NCBI GenBank assembly: GCA_028293765.1
Contig: JAQGOG010000045.1
Location: forward strand, 22,856 to 86,855
From: Gammaproteobacteria bacterium
GTDB taxonomy: Bacteria; Pseudomonadota; Gammaproteobacteria; Steroidobacterales; Steroidobacteraceae
Reading direction: 5' to 3'
DNA: 64,000 bases
Position 1 is the first letter of the stretch, and each line of letters opens with the position of its first letter. Of this stretch, positions 25,886 through 36,116 are shown one piece after another. The position numbers and the translations under genes were made by a program. The notes under the pieces were generated by a model, which had not been told where the DNA came from, did no database searches, and saw nothing but the letters and a program-made list of their open reading frames with translations.

Positions 25886-27412
25886 ATGAACAGTTCCGCA
25901 ACAAAAAGTATCGTGCTATCGCTGACGCTGAGTGTCTTCGCCGCAAGCGCTCAGGCCGCTCAGTTGAGCACCGACGCTGGTGCACCCGTCGGTGACAACC
26001 AGAATTCGCAGACTGCCGGTCCTGCAGGTCCCGTGCTTCTGCAGGATTCACATCTCGTTGAAAAGCTGCAGCGCTTCGACCGCGAGCGCATTCCCGAGCG
26101 GGTGGTGCATGCCCGGGGCACCGGTGCATCCGGGTTTTTTCAGCCGAGCGCCGACATCGCCTCGTTGAGCAGGGCCAGCGTGTTCAAGTCAGGCACCCAG
26201 ACTCCCGTATTCGTGCGCTTCTCCACGGTCATGGGTTATCGCGGGTCTCCCGAGCAGGCGCGCGATCCGCGCGGTTTCGCCGTGAAGTTCTACACCCAGC
26301 AAGGCAACTGGGATCTGGTCGGCATCAACTGGCCGATCTTCTTTATCCGCGATGCAATCAAGTTTCCCGATTTCGTGCACGCCAACAAGCCAAGCGCGGT
26401 GACGGGTGTGCAGGATGCAAACTTGGCCTTCGACTTCTTCGCGCATACGCCCGAAGCGACCAATATGCTGACTCATCTGTACACGGATGAAGGCATGCCG
26501 GATTCGTATCGGGACATGGACGGTTACGGCGTACACGCTTTCAAGCTGGTGAATGCCCGCGGCGAAGTCCATTACGTGAAATTCCACTTCAAGAGTGTGC
26601 AGGGCGTTCACGGCCTGCGCCCTCAGGAAATCGCGGCGTCCATCGGCAAGGATTGGAACCTCAACAGCAACGATCTATATCGTGCCATCAGAGCCGGTGA
26701 GTATCCAAAGTGGGATTTGTACATCCAGGTGTTGGCCCCCCGGGACCTGGCCAGGTTCGACTTCGATGCGCTGGACGACACCAAGGTCTGGACGGGTGTG
26801 CCGGAGCAGAAGATCGGCACGATGACCCTGAATCGCGTGCCGGACAACTACTTCGAGAGCACCGAGGAATCGGCCTTCGCCCCCTCCCGAATGGTGCCGG
26901 GCATCGAGCCCTCCGAAGACCGCATGCTTCAGGGCCGCCTGTTTGCCTATGCCGACACGCAGATGTATCGGCTGGGCGCTAATTACAGCAGCTTGCCCGT
27001 CAATCGGCCGCTGGTCGCCGTCGCTAACGAAGACCAGGATGGGGCCATGAACGGCGGCGATCGCAAGGGCGAGACCAACTACGAGCCATCGGGCATCCAC
27101 GAGGTCGCGGAAGATCCGCAGGCCAAGGCGGTCCGTGCTGCACTGCTCGGCACGACGCAACAGCAGGCGATTTCCAAGACGCGCAACTTCATGCAGGCCG
27201 GCGAGTACTACCGTTCACTCTCGGCGCAGGACAAAGTCGACCTCGTGACCGCGCTCGGTGCGGACCTCGGCCATGTCGGCAATGAGGCCAACAAGTACGC
27301 GATGCTCGCGTACTTCTACAAGGCCGACCCGGATTACGGTAGCCGCCTCGCACAGGCTACCAAAGCCGATGTCACACGCGTCAAGGCTGCCGCCGCGCAA
27401 TTGACGGACTGA
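25886..27412 (+). CDS. katB: Monofunctional heme catalase with N-terminal signal-like sequence
   Basis: MNSSATKSIVLSLTLSVFAASAQAAQL... followed by catalase core motifs: RERIPERVVHARG, RFSTV, FDLTK-like region, GRLFAYADTQ. It is followed by an ankyrin gene, as in Pseudomonas katB-ankB. Confidence 0.9.
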   Translation: MNSSATKSIVLSLTLSVFAASAQAAQLSTDAGAPVGDNQNSQTAGPAGPVLLQDSHLVEKLQRFDRERIPERVVHARGTGASGFFQPSADIASLSRASVFKSGTQTPVFVRFSTVMGYRGSPEQARDPRGFAVKFYTQQGNWDLVGINWPIFFIRDAIKFPDFVHANKPSAVTGVQDANLAFDFFAHTPEATNMLTHLYTDEGMPDSYRDMDGYGVHAFKLVNARGEVHYVKFHFKSVQGVHGLRPQEIAASIGKDWNLNSNDLYRAIRAGEYPKWDLYIQVLAPRDLARFDFDALDDTKVWTGVPEQKIGTMTLNRVPDNYFESTEESAFAPSRMVPGIEPSEDRMLQGRLFAYADTQMYRLGANYSSLPVNRPLVAVANEDQDGAMNGGDRKGETNYEPSGIHEVAEDPQAKAVRAALLGTTQQQAISKTRNFMQAGEYYRSLSAQDKVDLVTALGADLGHVGNEANKYAMLAYFYKADPDYGSRLAQATKADVTRVKAAAAQLTD

Positions 27413-27486
27413 CCCATAGCCGCCAGGTGTTGCCCCGGGGCGCCACTGCCCGGGGCAACACCATCATCCCCGCCTGGAGAGTCGCA

Positions 27487-28137
27487 ATGCTACCTGGCCT
27501 GTTTGCGCAACGGCGCATTCGTTATTTTTACTTTCTGCTGCTGCTGGCCGGCACTTTTGGCGTACTCGCCTATTGGTGCTTCCCGTCGCTGCGGCTGATG
27601 CTGCGTGCCGAAAAAATCAGTGCGATTCCACGAGCGCAATGGGTCGATGCGCATCGCTACGACCAGGAGTGGTTCGACGCAGCCAGAGTCGGCCGTCTGG
27701 ACATCCTGCGCTCCTTGTATGAAGCGCACTACCCCATCGATAGCCAGACCTCAGCCGGATATACCGCGCTGATTCTTGCAGCTTACGACTCGCGGCCCGA
27801 GGCATTGGATTATCTGTTGCGCATCGGCGCGGCCCCCTGTCCAGGCGACCGTCACGGCAACACTGCTCTCATGGGCGCTATTTACAAAGGGAACCTGGCC
27901 ATCGCCCGGCGGCTGCTCACCACGCGATGCCCGATAGACCAGGTCAACAACGCAGGCGAAACGGCACTATCCTTCGCAGCGCTGTTCGGCCGAGCAGAAA
28001 TTCTGCCTGAACTCGTGGCCCGAGGTGCGGATCCCAATCATGCCGATGCACGCGGCAACACACCCCTGGCGCTCGTACAGCAGCAGGGCAATGAGGATTC
28101 GGCGCTAGCACTGCGCAAACTCGGCGCAACGCGCTGA
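27487..28137 (+). CDS. ankB: Membrane-anchored ankyrin-repeat protein (AnkB-like catalase accessory protein)
   Basis: 216 aa from ATG 27487, with GGAG upstream. One N-terminal TM helix is followed by ankyrin repeats (GYTALILAA, GNTALMGA, GETALSFAA, GNTPLALV). Confidence 0.8.
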   Translation: MLPGLFAQRRIRYFYFLLLLAGTFGVLAYWCFPSLRLMLRAEKISAIPRAQWVDAHRYDQEWFDAARVGRLDILRSLYEAHYPIDSQTSAGYTALILAAYDSRPEALDYLLRIGAAPCPGDRHGNTALMGAIYKGNLAIARRLLTTRCPIDQVNNAGETALSFAALFGRAEILPELVARGADPNHADARGNTPLALVQQQGNEDSALALRKLGATR

Positions 28138-28379
28138 AATCAGCGCCTCGTCGGGCGCCCCGGAGCACTCGACTGTCAGCTGTTGGCTCAGTCAGGGGAG
28201 GGTCGTCCCAAGCCGCTACGGCCGGTTTCGGCGCTGCTCGGGCGTCCTTGACCGAGACCGGCTGTAGGTTGGACCATCGCGTGCGCGGCCGCTGCGGAAC
28301 GCGAGAATGCGCAGCTGTCTTTTGGGGAAGGGCCGCAGTGTCCGGCGGCAACTCAGCCGCCCTGCACCGCCGTTGCCGG

Positions 28380-29201
28380 CTACTTCTTCCGGCAAACCAC
28401 GAAGTGATCCGCCCCGAGGTTGGCGCTTTTCAGCGCCTGAAACGCCGCCCTGCGCAACATGAGGCTCTCCGTATCGATCTTGCGAACCGCGTTGATATAC
28501 GTACTCAGAGTGCCGTACTCGAGAATCTCAAACCCCGCGCGCGTCAAACTCTCCTCCAACGCGCCCCGCGTGAACAGATTGATGTGATGCGGCGGACACA
28601 CCATGCTCCATCGATTCAGCCCGCGCAGCCGCCGATGAATACAAGTCGGGTTCGGAGTCGTGAGAACGAGATAGCCTCCGGCCTCGAGCCGTTCGCCCAT
28701 CTGCGCCAGCAGAGCCATCGGCTGCTGCACATGCTCGAGCACGTTGAATGAGGTTATGACGCCGTACCGCTCGGGTACGCTCGCGAGGTCGCCGCGAAGA
28801 AACTCGAGCCCGAACGTTTCACGCGCATACGCCGCTTCAGCGTCCGAGATCTCGAGGCCATCCGCATTGAAACCGAATTCGGTCCGCGCCAGGGATACGA
28901 AATAGCCGTTACCAGCGCCGACGTCCAACACCCGCGCCTGCGGCGCGTAGCGTTTGATCGCGCGCAGGATGTAGCGCCAGCGGAATCCCCACTCAGCCTC
29001 GATTTCGGCCTTATTTTTGAAGGCCATCGTGTAGTAGGCAGCCGCTTCGTACTGCTCATGGACGAACTCCAGATCCGCCATGATGCAGCCGCAAGTCGGG
29101 CAGGTGTAGATGTCCACCCCGCTCTTGGGAAAGGCAAACTGAGGCGCTGAGTGCTCGGCGTTAACTGCGCAATTCCGCAGCATGAGCTCTCCCTCTTGCA
29201 T
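28380..29201 (-). CDS. Class I SAM-dependent methyltransferase with N-terminal CxxC zinc-ribbon-like motif
   Basis: CPTCGC near the N-terminus. SAM motif I VLDVGAGNGYFV. Length 273 aa. Confidence 0.8.
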   Translation of the reverse strand: MQEGELMLRNCAVNAEHSAPQFAFPKSGVDIYTCPTCGCIMADLEFVHEQYEAAAYYTMAFKNKAEIEAEWGFRWRYILRAIKRYAPQARVLDVGAGNGYFVSLARTEFGFNADGLEISDAEAAYARETFGLEFLRGDLASVPERYGVITSFNVLEHVQQPMALLAQMGERLEAGGYLVLTTPNPTCIHRRLRGLNRWSMVCPPHHINLFTRGALEESLTRAGFEILEYGTLSTYINAVRKIDTESLMLRRAAFQALKSANLGADHFVVCRKK

Positions 29202-29387
29202 CGTGTCGGTCAGGCGACCCTAAGGCAGAATCTGCGCATTCTCACCTACGTGGCGTGTATGAGCAATGCACGCGCGGGCCAGCGAAGCATCGTGGCCCAT
29301 CACCTTAGCCTTGAGTTGTGCCGCACGAGCGGGCTCGCGCGCTCCCGCCCGAACTCGCACAACACATCGTATCGGTCCCCGCAGCGG

Positions 29388-30842
29388 CTAAGTACCATGA
29401 TTCGCCGCCGGCGCCGCGCCCACGGGAGCCGCCTTACCCCACAGATCCTGAATCGCCTCGAGACTGCGTCCCTTCGTCTCAGGCACATACCGGATCACGA
29501 ACAGCGCGGCCAGCACACTCATCCCGCCATAGATCCAATACGCAAACCCATGGTTGAACATCGCGTTGAGGGTCGAGTTGCCGTCGAGCACCTTGAACGA
29601 CCCCGACACCACGAGGTTGGCGAGCCACTGCGCCGCCACTGCCAGCCCGAGCCCTTTCCCCTTGATGGAGTTCGGAAACATCTCGGCCAGCAGCACCCAG
29701 CACACCGGACCCCACGAGAGCGCGAAGCCGGCTATGTAAACCACCACCGCGATCAACGCGCCGAGGCCCACCACCCTGGCGTTGAACAGACACCCGAGCG
29801 CGATCATCGCCACCGCCATGATCAGCGCACCGACGACGAGCAGCGGCTTTCTCCCCCACCGGTCGACCGTAACGATCGCGACGAGCGTGAATGCGAGATT
29901 CGCGCCGCCGACGACGATGGTCTGCAACAGGGCGGTATCCGTCGACGATCCCATGTTCTTGAACATGAGAGGGGCGTAATACAGCACCGCGTTGATACCG
30001 ACGAACTGCTGAAACACCGACATGAGAATACCGACCACGACCACCGTGGTACCGAACGAAAACAGCTTCGCCTTCCGCACCACCAGCGTCCGCTCGATGT
30101 CGGCAAGTATCGAGCGCGCGTCCGCCTCATTCGTCACCCGCTTGAGCTGGGTGAGCGCCTCTTCATTACGGCCGCGCAGGACGAGCCAGCGCGGTGTATC
30201 CGGTACGAACATCAGCAGCGCCAGGAACACCGTGGCCGGTATCGCCTCCGACGCCAGCATCCAACGCCAACCCGTTGCCTTGAGCCACGCATCGTCGCCC
30301 CCGGAGGCGATGTACCAGTTGACGAAGTAGACAATCAGAATCCCGCCGACGATGGCGAGTTGGTTGAACGAGATGAGCCGGCCGCGGATGGCGCTCGGGG
30401 AGATCTCCGCGATGTACAAAGGCGATAGCATCGAGGCAATGCCCACCCCCACGCCCCCCAGGATTCGATAAAAGATGAACTGGCGCAGAGCGTCCGGCCC
30501 CATCTGTCCGATCGGACCGAAGCCGAGCTCGGGAACCGCCGAGCCGATCGATCCCAACAGAAACAGCAGCGCAGCGATGATGAGGCCGCCCTTGCGGCCG
30601 AGCGCCGTGGAGATCCAGCCCGCGACCATCGCCCCGATGATGCAGCCGACCAGTGCGCTCGAGATCGTCCACCCGGAAAGGCTGCTGCGCGCCGTCTCGG
30701 CAAGCCCGAGCGGATCGATGAAGTAGGCGTCGATCGAGCTGACCGCGCCCGAAATGACCGCCGTGTCCCATCCGAACAGCAAACCGCCCAGTGTCGCGAC
30801 GAATGTCAGCCCGACGACGAGCGACGTATTGAACTTGCCCAT
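29388..30842 (-). CDS. MFS sugar porter (sugar:H+ symporter, XylE/GalP-like)
   Basis: 484 aa. GGLLFGWDTAVISGA, GRKGGL and PETKGRSLE are sugar-porter signatures. Confidence 0.9.
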   Translation of the reverse strand: MGKFNTSLVVGLTFVATLGGLLFGWDTAVISGAVSSIDAYFIDPLGLAETARSSLSGWTISSALVGCIIGAMVAGWISTALGRKGGLIIAALLFLLGSIGSAVPELGFGPIGQMGPDALRQFIFYRILGGVGVGIASMLSPLYIAEISPSAIRGRLISFNQLAIVGGILIVYFVNWYIASGGDDAWLKATGWRWMLASEAIPATVFLALLMFVPDTPRWLVLRGRNEEALTQLKRVTNEADARSILADIERTLVVRKAKLFSFGTTVVVVGILMSVFQQFVGINAVLYYAPLMFKNMGSSTDTALLQTIVVGGANLAFTLVAIVTVDRWGRKPLLVVGALIMAVAMIALGCLFNARVVGLGALIAVVVYIAGFALSWGPVCWVLLAEMFPNSIKGKGLGLAVAAQWLANLVVSGSFKVLDGNSTLNAMFNHGFAYWIYGGMSVLAALFVIRYVPETKGRSLEAIQDLWGKAAPVGAAPAANHGT

Positions 30843-30935
30843 CTAAACCCCCTTCCTCGATCGTTATTGCGGCCTGCAGCGCACGTCTTGCGTCAGCGCG
30901 CCACCCCGCATCTACAAAGTAATCATGCGCCGTAC

Positions 30936-32069
30936 CTACAGGCCCGCTGCAGTTTCCCTGACAAGGAAGTCCACGACCGACTGCAACGCCTCCCGTTGCG
31001 TCGCCCCTCCGGCGCGGGCGTCGTCATACGTCCGAATCTGCCGATGCGCACTGGTCCCCCGGGCCAGAATAGTGCGGATATGCTCGATCTCCCGCGCACA
31101 ACCGAGGACCTCCGCATCCTCGGTGACCAGCGCAATCAACTCCTCCGCGAGTTGCGGAAACGGCACCAGCTCGCCGCGCGCCAGATCCAGCAGCTGCTCG
31201 TCGAAGCTGTACCGCATCGCTCGCCAGCGGTTCTCGGCAATGAGGACATTCGGATATAACCGCCAGCTCTGATTGGCCAGGCGCAGCCGATACAGTCGCC
31301 GCGCCAGACACACAACCAGCGCCGCGAGGCACATCGCATCGTCGATGCTCGTGCAACAGTCCATCACGCGCATCTCGAGCGTCGGGTAGCGTGGACTGGG
31401 CCGGACGTCCCACCACATTTTGGTGGTGTTCTCGATGACCCCGTTGCGGATCAGCATGTCGAGATGCCGCCGCAACTCTGCGTAGCTGGAGAACCGTTCC
31501 GGCAACCCCGTCCGCGGCAGCGAACTGAACAGCGACAGCCGGAAAGACATGAGCCCGGTCCGTTCCCCTTCCCAGAAGGGTGACGAGCAGGACAGCGCCA
31601 GCAGATGCGGCACGAAGTACGAAAGCTGATTCATGAGATCGACCCGCAGGTCGTCGGCGTCGATCCCGACGTGCACGTGCATCCCGCACACCATGAGCCG
31701 CCGCGCCGCCGCCTGCATCTCGCGCGCGAGGGCAAAGAACTGCTCCTTCTCGGTGGGTATCTGCCGGGTGGCATTGGCGAACGGATGAGTCGAAGCGGCG
31801 ATCGGTGCAAGTCCGTACTTCCGCGAAACCTCGACGATGATCGAGCGCAGCCGCGCGAGATCCGCGCGCACCTCGGCGATGGAGCGACAGACCCGGGTGC
31901 TCACTTCGAGCTGCGAGCGCAGGAACTCCGGACTGATCTGGCTGCCGCCGCGTTCGGTACATTCCTGAAGCAGCGCCGCCGGCGGATTCTCGTCGACGTC
32001 GCGTGTATCGAGATTGACGAGAAGGTACTCCTCCTCGATACCGACCGTGAATGGCGGCTCTGCACTCAC
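30936..32069 (-). CDS. ybdK: Carboxylate-amine ligase YbdK (glutamate-cysteine ligase family 2)
   Basis: 377 aa. FTVGIEEEYLLVNLDTRD..., GMHVHVG. GCS2 pattern. Confidence 0.85.
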   Translation of the reverse strand: MSAEPPFTVGIEEEYLLVNLDTRDVDENPPAALLQECTERGGSQISPEFLRSQLEVSTRVCRSIAEVRADLARLRSIIVEVSRKYGLAPIAASTHPFANATRQIPTEKEQFFALAREMQAAARRLMVCGMHVHVGIDADDLRVDLMNQLSYFVPHLLALSCSSPFWEGERTGLMSFRLSLFSSLPRTGLPERFSSYAELRRHLDMLIRNGVIENTTKMWWDVRPSPRYPTLEMRVMDCCTSIDDAMCLAALVVCLARRLYRLRLANQSWRLYPNVLIAENRWRAMRYSFDEQLLDLARGELVPFPQLAEELIALVTEDAEVLGCAREIEHIRTILARGTSAHRQIRTYDDARAGGATQREALQSVVDFLVRETAAGL

Positions 32070-32140
32070 TGCTGGAAGTTCCCCCGACTACCGTGGCGGC
32101 TAGTATAGCGGGGCTGTGTCGCGGGCAGGAGACAGGTTTG

Positions 32141-35100
32141 TTATCTGGCCAGCTCGGCGATCGGCAGCGGGTTCGCTATGTAATAGCCCTGCGCGAAGTC
32201 GACGCCGATGCGCTTGAGCTCCTCGAGGACGGCCTCGCTCTCGACGCACTCGGCCACCGTCGCGATACCGAGGGCGCGGCCGACTTTGCTGATCGCTTCG
32301 ACCATGCTGCGATCGACGGCGTCGGTGGCGATCTGACTGATGAACTGCCCGTCGATCTTCAGATAATCGACCGGCAGCGTCTTCAGGTACATGAACGATG
32401 ACAGGCCGGTCCCGAAGTCATCGAGCGAGAACCGGCAGCCGCGCGCCTTCAACTCACGCATGAAGAACGCCGCGTTGGAAAGACTCGTCACCGCCGCGGT
32501 CTCCGTGATCTCGAAACACAAGGCGCTGGCGATCTCCGGCTCCCCGACGGTCTGCAGGACGAATTCGGCGAAGGACTGCTCGTTCAAGGAGGTGCCGGAC
32601 AAATTGACCGCCAGCATGGGCAGCGACCGCTGGGTGTCGCGGCGGTGCTTCAGCAATTCGACCGCCCGGACCACGACCCAGCGGTCGATGATCGACATGA
32701 CGTTGTAACGCTCGGCCGCCGGGATGAACTCGCTCGGCGGCACCAGACGCCCATCATCGTCACGCAGCCGGACGGTGAGCTCATGAAAATCCGGGCTACC
32801 CTCCGACCCGATCCGCACGATCGGCTGGAAGAAGAGCTCGAGGCGATTCTCCTCCGCGGCACGGGTGACCCGCGCCACCCAGTGCATTTCGCGGTGGCGG
32901 TTCGAGACCCCATCCGCCTCGTAGACGTGGATGCGATTGCGGCCCTCATCCTTTGCCGCGTAACAGGCGATGTCGGCCGCGCTCATGACCGCAGCGACAC
33001 TTTCGGTCTCTGCCCTGATCTGCACGACACCGACGCTCGCGCCGACCGAGAGGGTGCTCGCGCCCCACATGAACCGGTAATCCTTTATCGCCTGACGCAC
33101 GCCGTCCGCAATGCGGGATGCCTGCTCCGGGGTACATCCTTCGAGCAACACCCCAAACTCATCGCCGCCTAGACGGGCGATGGTGTCCGAAGCACGCACT
33201 CGGGTCTGCAATAGTCCGGTCACATCGCGCAGCAGGCGGTCGCCTGCCTGATGGCCGCAGGTATCGTTGACGACCTTGAACTGATCGAGGTCTATGTACA
33301 GCAGCGCGTAAGCGCCTTCGCCGCGTTGCGCGCTCAGGACCGCGGCATGCAGGCGATTGTCGAATTCACGGCGATTGATGAGCCCAGTGAGGGCATCGTG
33401 ACTGGCCTGATAGGAGAGCGCCCGTTTGAGACGCCGCTCCTTCGTGACGTCGTGGAAAACGATAACGGCGCCGATGACCCTTCCTTGCCGGTCGCAGATG
33501 GGAGCCGCCGACTCTTGAATCGCCACTTCCTGGCCGGCACGCGTGATGAGAACCGAATGATCCACCGGGGCGCCCGCCTCGCCGCGGCCGAGCGCGCATA
33601 TCAGCGGGTTTTCGATCGGCTCGCGGGTGATCTCGTTCACCAGGTTCAGGACGTCGCCGATCGGCCGGCCGCGCGCCTCCGCCAGGCTCCATGCCGTGAG
33701 GCTCTCGGCCACCGGATTGATGTATTCGATGCGACCGTCAGCGTCGGTGCTGATCACCGCATCGCCAATGGACTGCAGCGTCACCTGCGCCCGCTCCTTC
33801 TCGGCGAATATCGCTTGTTCAGCGCGCTTACGCTCGGTGATGTTTGCAATCGTGCCCTCATAGCCCACGATACGGTCCCCAGAGTCCCGCACGGCCCGTG
33901 CGTTTTCCAGAATCACAACCTGCTGCCCGTCACGCGTGCGCATGGCGAACTCTGCATTACGGATTTCCCCTTCGGATTCCACACGCCGCATAAACTCGGT
34001 GCGGTCTGCCGGGTTCCAGTACAGCATGGCAACGCTTGGCAGCGCGTAGAGTTCCGCTGTGCTGACATAGCCGAGGATGCTGACGAACGCGGGGTTCACG
34101 GAAAGCAGGCGCCCGTCGCGGCCGCTTTGATAGACGCCTTCGGCGATGCTCTCGAACAAGCCGCGGAATTTGGCCTCACTGATGCGCAGCGCCTCCTCCG
34201 CCTGCCGCCGCTCGATAGCGGCACGCTTGCGATCGGAGATGTCCGCGATACTTCCGCGGACCAATCGTCGAGTTCCGCTCGGCAGACGCACGAGACGGAC
34301 TTCGCAAAAGATCTCGTTTCCGCAGGAGTCGTGGCATACCCATTCATACACCTGCGCGTGGCCCGCGAGTGCCTGCTGGGTATAAGTCCGAGCGAGCTGC
34401 ACCGACGGCGTCCCATCAGGCTGCAGCACCGGACTGACATCGACGGCTCCCACTTTGAGGAGTTGCGTTCTTTCGAGGCCGAAGAGCTTTTCGGCTTTCT
34501 CGTTCGCGTCGACGAAACGACCTTCGTCGGCATCGAATACCACGATTGCCTCGGGCGCGTGATCGACGAGCAAGCGATACCGAGCCTCGCTCTCCCGCAT
34601 CGCCTGCTCGGACTCGCGGCGTTCGGTGACGTCCCGCAGGCACAGGACGAACATCTCGCGGCGGGAGAGTCGAGCCTTGCTGACCGCGACTTCCGCGGGG
34701 AAAAGCTCGCCCGCCTTGCGTTGAGCCCACAACTCACGTGAGGCGAGATCGAGATGGGTGTCGCCCGAGGTTGCGGCCAGGCGGTGTAGCGCCTGGGTGA
34801 TGCTTTCGTGAGTGGCAATCTTCGGGATCAGCTGGTCGATGCGCTGACCGACAACTTCGGCCGCGACGTATCCGAACACGCGTTCGCCCGTGGGGTTGAA
34901 GGTCTGAATGACCCCGTCCTCATCCACCATGAGCACGACGTCTTTGATGTGATCGAGGATGACTTGCAGGTGCTCGGAGCTCTGCTCGCGAGCCTCATGC
35001 GCCATCGCGCGAGCTTCGTCCGCCATGAGTCGCATGGACTGGACGATGCCGCGCCGTTCTTCATCGATGGCGTCGTAGTGAGCGCTGATCAGCCGCAGCA

Positions 35101-35290
35101 GCATCGTGAGATCGGGAGCAGCATCACTGGTCCGCAACCGGACCTCTTTGAGCTGCGCGCGCAGATGCGCATGCAGCTCTGGGCTGTCCTCATTGAAGAC
35201 GCCGTCGTCCGCCCCGACAAGCGTAGTCGTCCCGCCCGGACCTGCGTCAGGGGAATTCACGAGCGTCCGAGTCGTCTGCGTATTTGACAT
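32141..35290 (-). CDS. Cytoplasmic signalling protein: four PAS domains, then GGDEF, then EAL
   Basis: 1049 aa. Four PAS cores: ...VLMVDEDGVIQTFNP, ...AIVVFDADEGRFVDAN, ...GVYQSGRDGRLLSVNP, ...AVISTDADGRIEYINP. Intact GGDEF (RLGGDEFGVLL) with RASD five residues upstream (I-site). EAL motifs EITETA, DDFGTGLSS, KIDGQF. Confidence 0.9.
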   Translation of the reverse strand: MSNTQTTRTLVNSPDAGPGGTTTLVGADDGVFNEDSPELHAHLRAQLKEVRLRTSDAAPDLTMLLRLISAHYDAIDEERRGIVQSMRLMADEARAMAHEAREQSSEHLQVILDHIKDVVLMVDEDGVIQTFNPTGERVFGYVAAEVVGQRIDQLIPKIATHESITQALHRLAATSGDTHLDLASRELWAQRKAGELFPAEVAVSKARLSRREMFVLCLRDVTERRESEQAMRESEARYRLLVDHAPEAIVVFDADEGRFVDANEKAEKLFGLERTQLLKVGAVDVSPVLQPDGTPSVQLARTYTQQALAGHAQVYEWVCHDSCGNEIFCEVRLVRLPSGTRRLVRGSIADISDRKRAAIERRQAEEALRISEAKFRGLFESIAEGVYQSGRDGRLLSVNPAFVSILGYVSTAELYALPSVAMLYWNPADRTEFMRRVESEGEIRNAEFAMRTRDGQQVVILENARAVRDSGDRIVGYEGTIANITERKRAEQAIFAEKERAQVTLQSIGDAVISTDADGRIEYINPVAESLTAWSLAEARGRPIGDVLNLVNEITREPIENPLICALGRGEAGAPVDHSVLITRAGQEVAIQESAAPICDRQGRVIGAVIVFHDVTKERRLKRALSYQASHDALTGLINRREFDNRLHAAVLSAQRGEGAYALLYIDLDQFKVVNDTCGHQAGDRLLRDVTGLLQTRVRASDTIARLGGDEFGVLLEGCTPEQASRIADGVRQAIKDYRFMWGASTLSVGASVGVVQIRAETESVAAVMSAADIACYAAKDEGRNRIHVYEADGVSNRHREMHWVARVTRAAEENRLELFFQPIVRIGSEGSPDFHELTVRLRDDDGRLVPPSEFIPAAERYNVMSIIDRWVVVRAVELLKHRRDTQRSLPMLAVNLSGTSLNEQSFAEFVLQTVGEPEIASALCFEITETAAVTSLSNAAFFMRELKARGCRFSLDDFGTGLSSFMYLKTLPVDYLKIDGQFISQIATDAVDRSMVEAISKVGRALGIATVAECVESEAVLEELKRIGVDFAQGYYIANPLPIAELAR

Positions 35291-35390
35291 AACGTAGACC
35301 GCTGAGCCTGATCCTGATCCCTAAACTCAACCTGCTTCCCGCAACGTGCGCAAGGCAGGCCGGATCCGCCACCGCTCACGCGCTTAAGGC

Positions 35391-35993
35391 TCAATGGGTT
35401 TTGGATGCCAACCCAGGCGCTACCTGCCCTTCTGCACCCGCCGATTTGGCCGCCAATTCCGGCAGGCCCTCACCGGCGATCACCGGAATGGCGAAAGCGC
35501 GCGACACGGAATCGGTCCCCGAATCGACGCCTACTGCGACGTTCAAGGTAAAGATTCCGCTCCGCTTCGGCAGAAGCCTGACCGTGTGGCGAATGGGAAC
35601 GCTCTGGGCGGGCTTTTCGACCGCGGGGAGATCCCCCCCGTCGAGCAGCTCGAGGCCGTCCCCGCCGCCCTGGAACTTCGCGTAAACCCGCTGCAGCGTC
35701 GGCGAGTCGGGAATGAGAGCGACGTCGACGTCCAGCGGCTGGCCGATCTCGGGCCGCTCCCGCAGCTCGAACTTCACCTGTACTGGCGATCCGCCCTTGG
35801 CTGAGCTGACCGCAGCGACCATGTCGGTGGGCTCGCGCCGGGTCGGATCGACGGTAGCCTTGGGCTTAGCCAGATTTCTCCTTCCGTAAGCCGCGGCGTT
35901 CGACTCCGTGGTCGAACCGCAGCCACTCAGCGCCAAGACCAATGCCGCGGCAACGGCCCAGCCTACTCGGGAAATTCTTATGGACGTCCGCAT
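35391..35993 (-). CDS. Hypothetical lipoprotein
   Basis: ATG 35993 gives MRTSIRISRVGWAVAAALVLALSGC with a lipobox. 200 aa with beta-rich composition. I recognise no family. Confidence 0.6.
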   Translation of the reverse strand: MRTSIRISRVGWAVAAALVLALSGCGSTTESNAAAYGRRNLAKPKATVDPTRREPTDMVAAVSSAKGGSPVQVKFELRERPEIGQPLDVDVALIPDSPTLQRVYAKFQGGGDGLELLDGGDLPAVEKPAQSVPIRHTVRLLPKRSGIFTLNVAVGVDSGTDSVSRAFAIPVIAGEGLPELAAKSAGAEGQVAPGLASKTH

Positions 35994-36116
35994 GGCTCCG
36001 TGCGCTTCCGCGAGTAACTCCTGCGACTTACGCTCGAGCGGACGATACCGCGTCTCGGGCGTCGAACGCACGTCCGACGTGTGTATTTCGTGAGGTGCAT
36101 AGTAGAGTGGAGCAGT

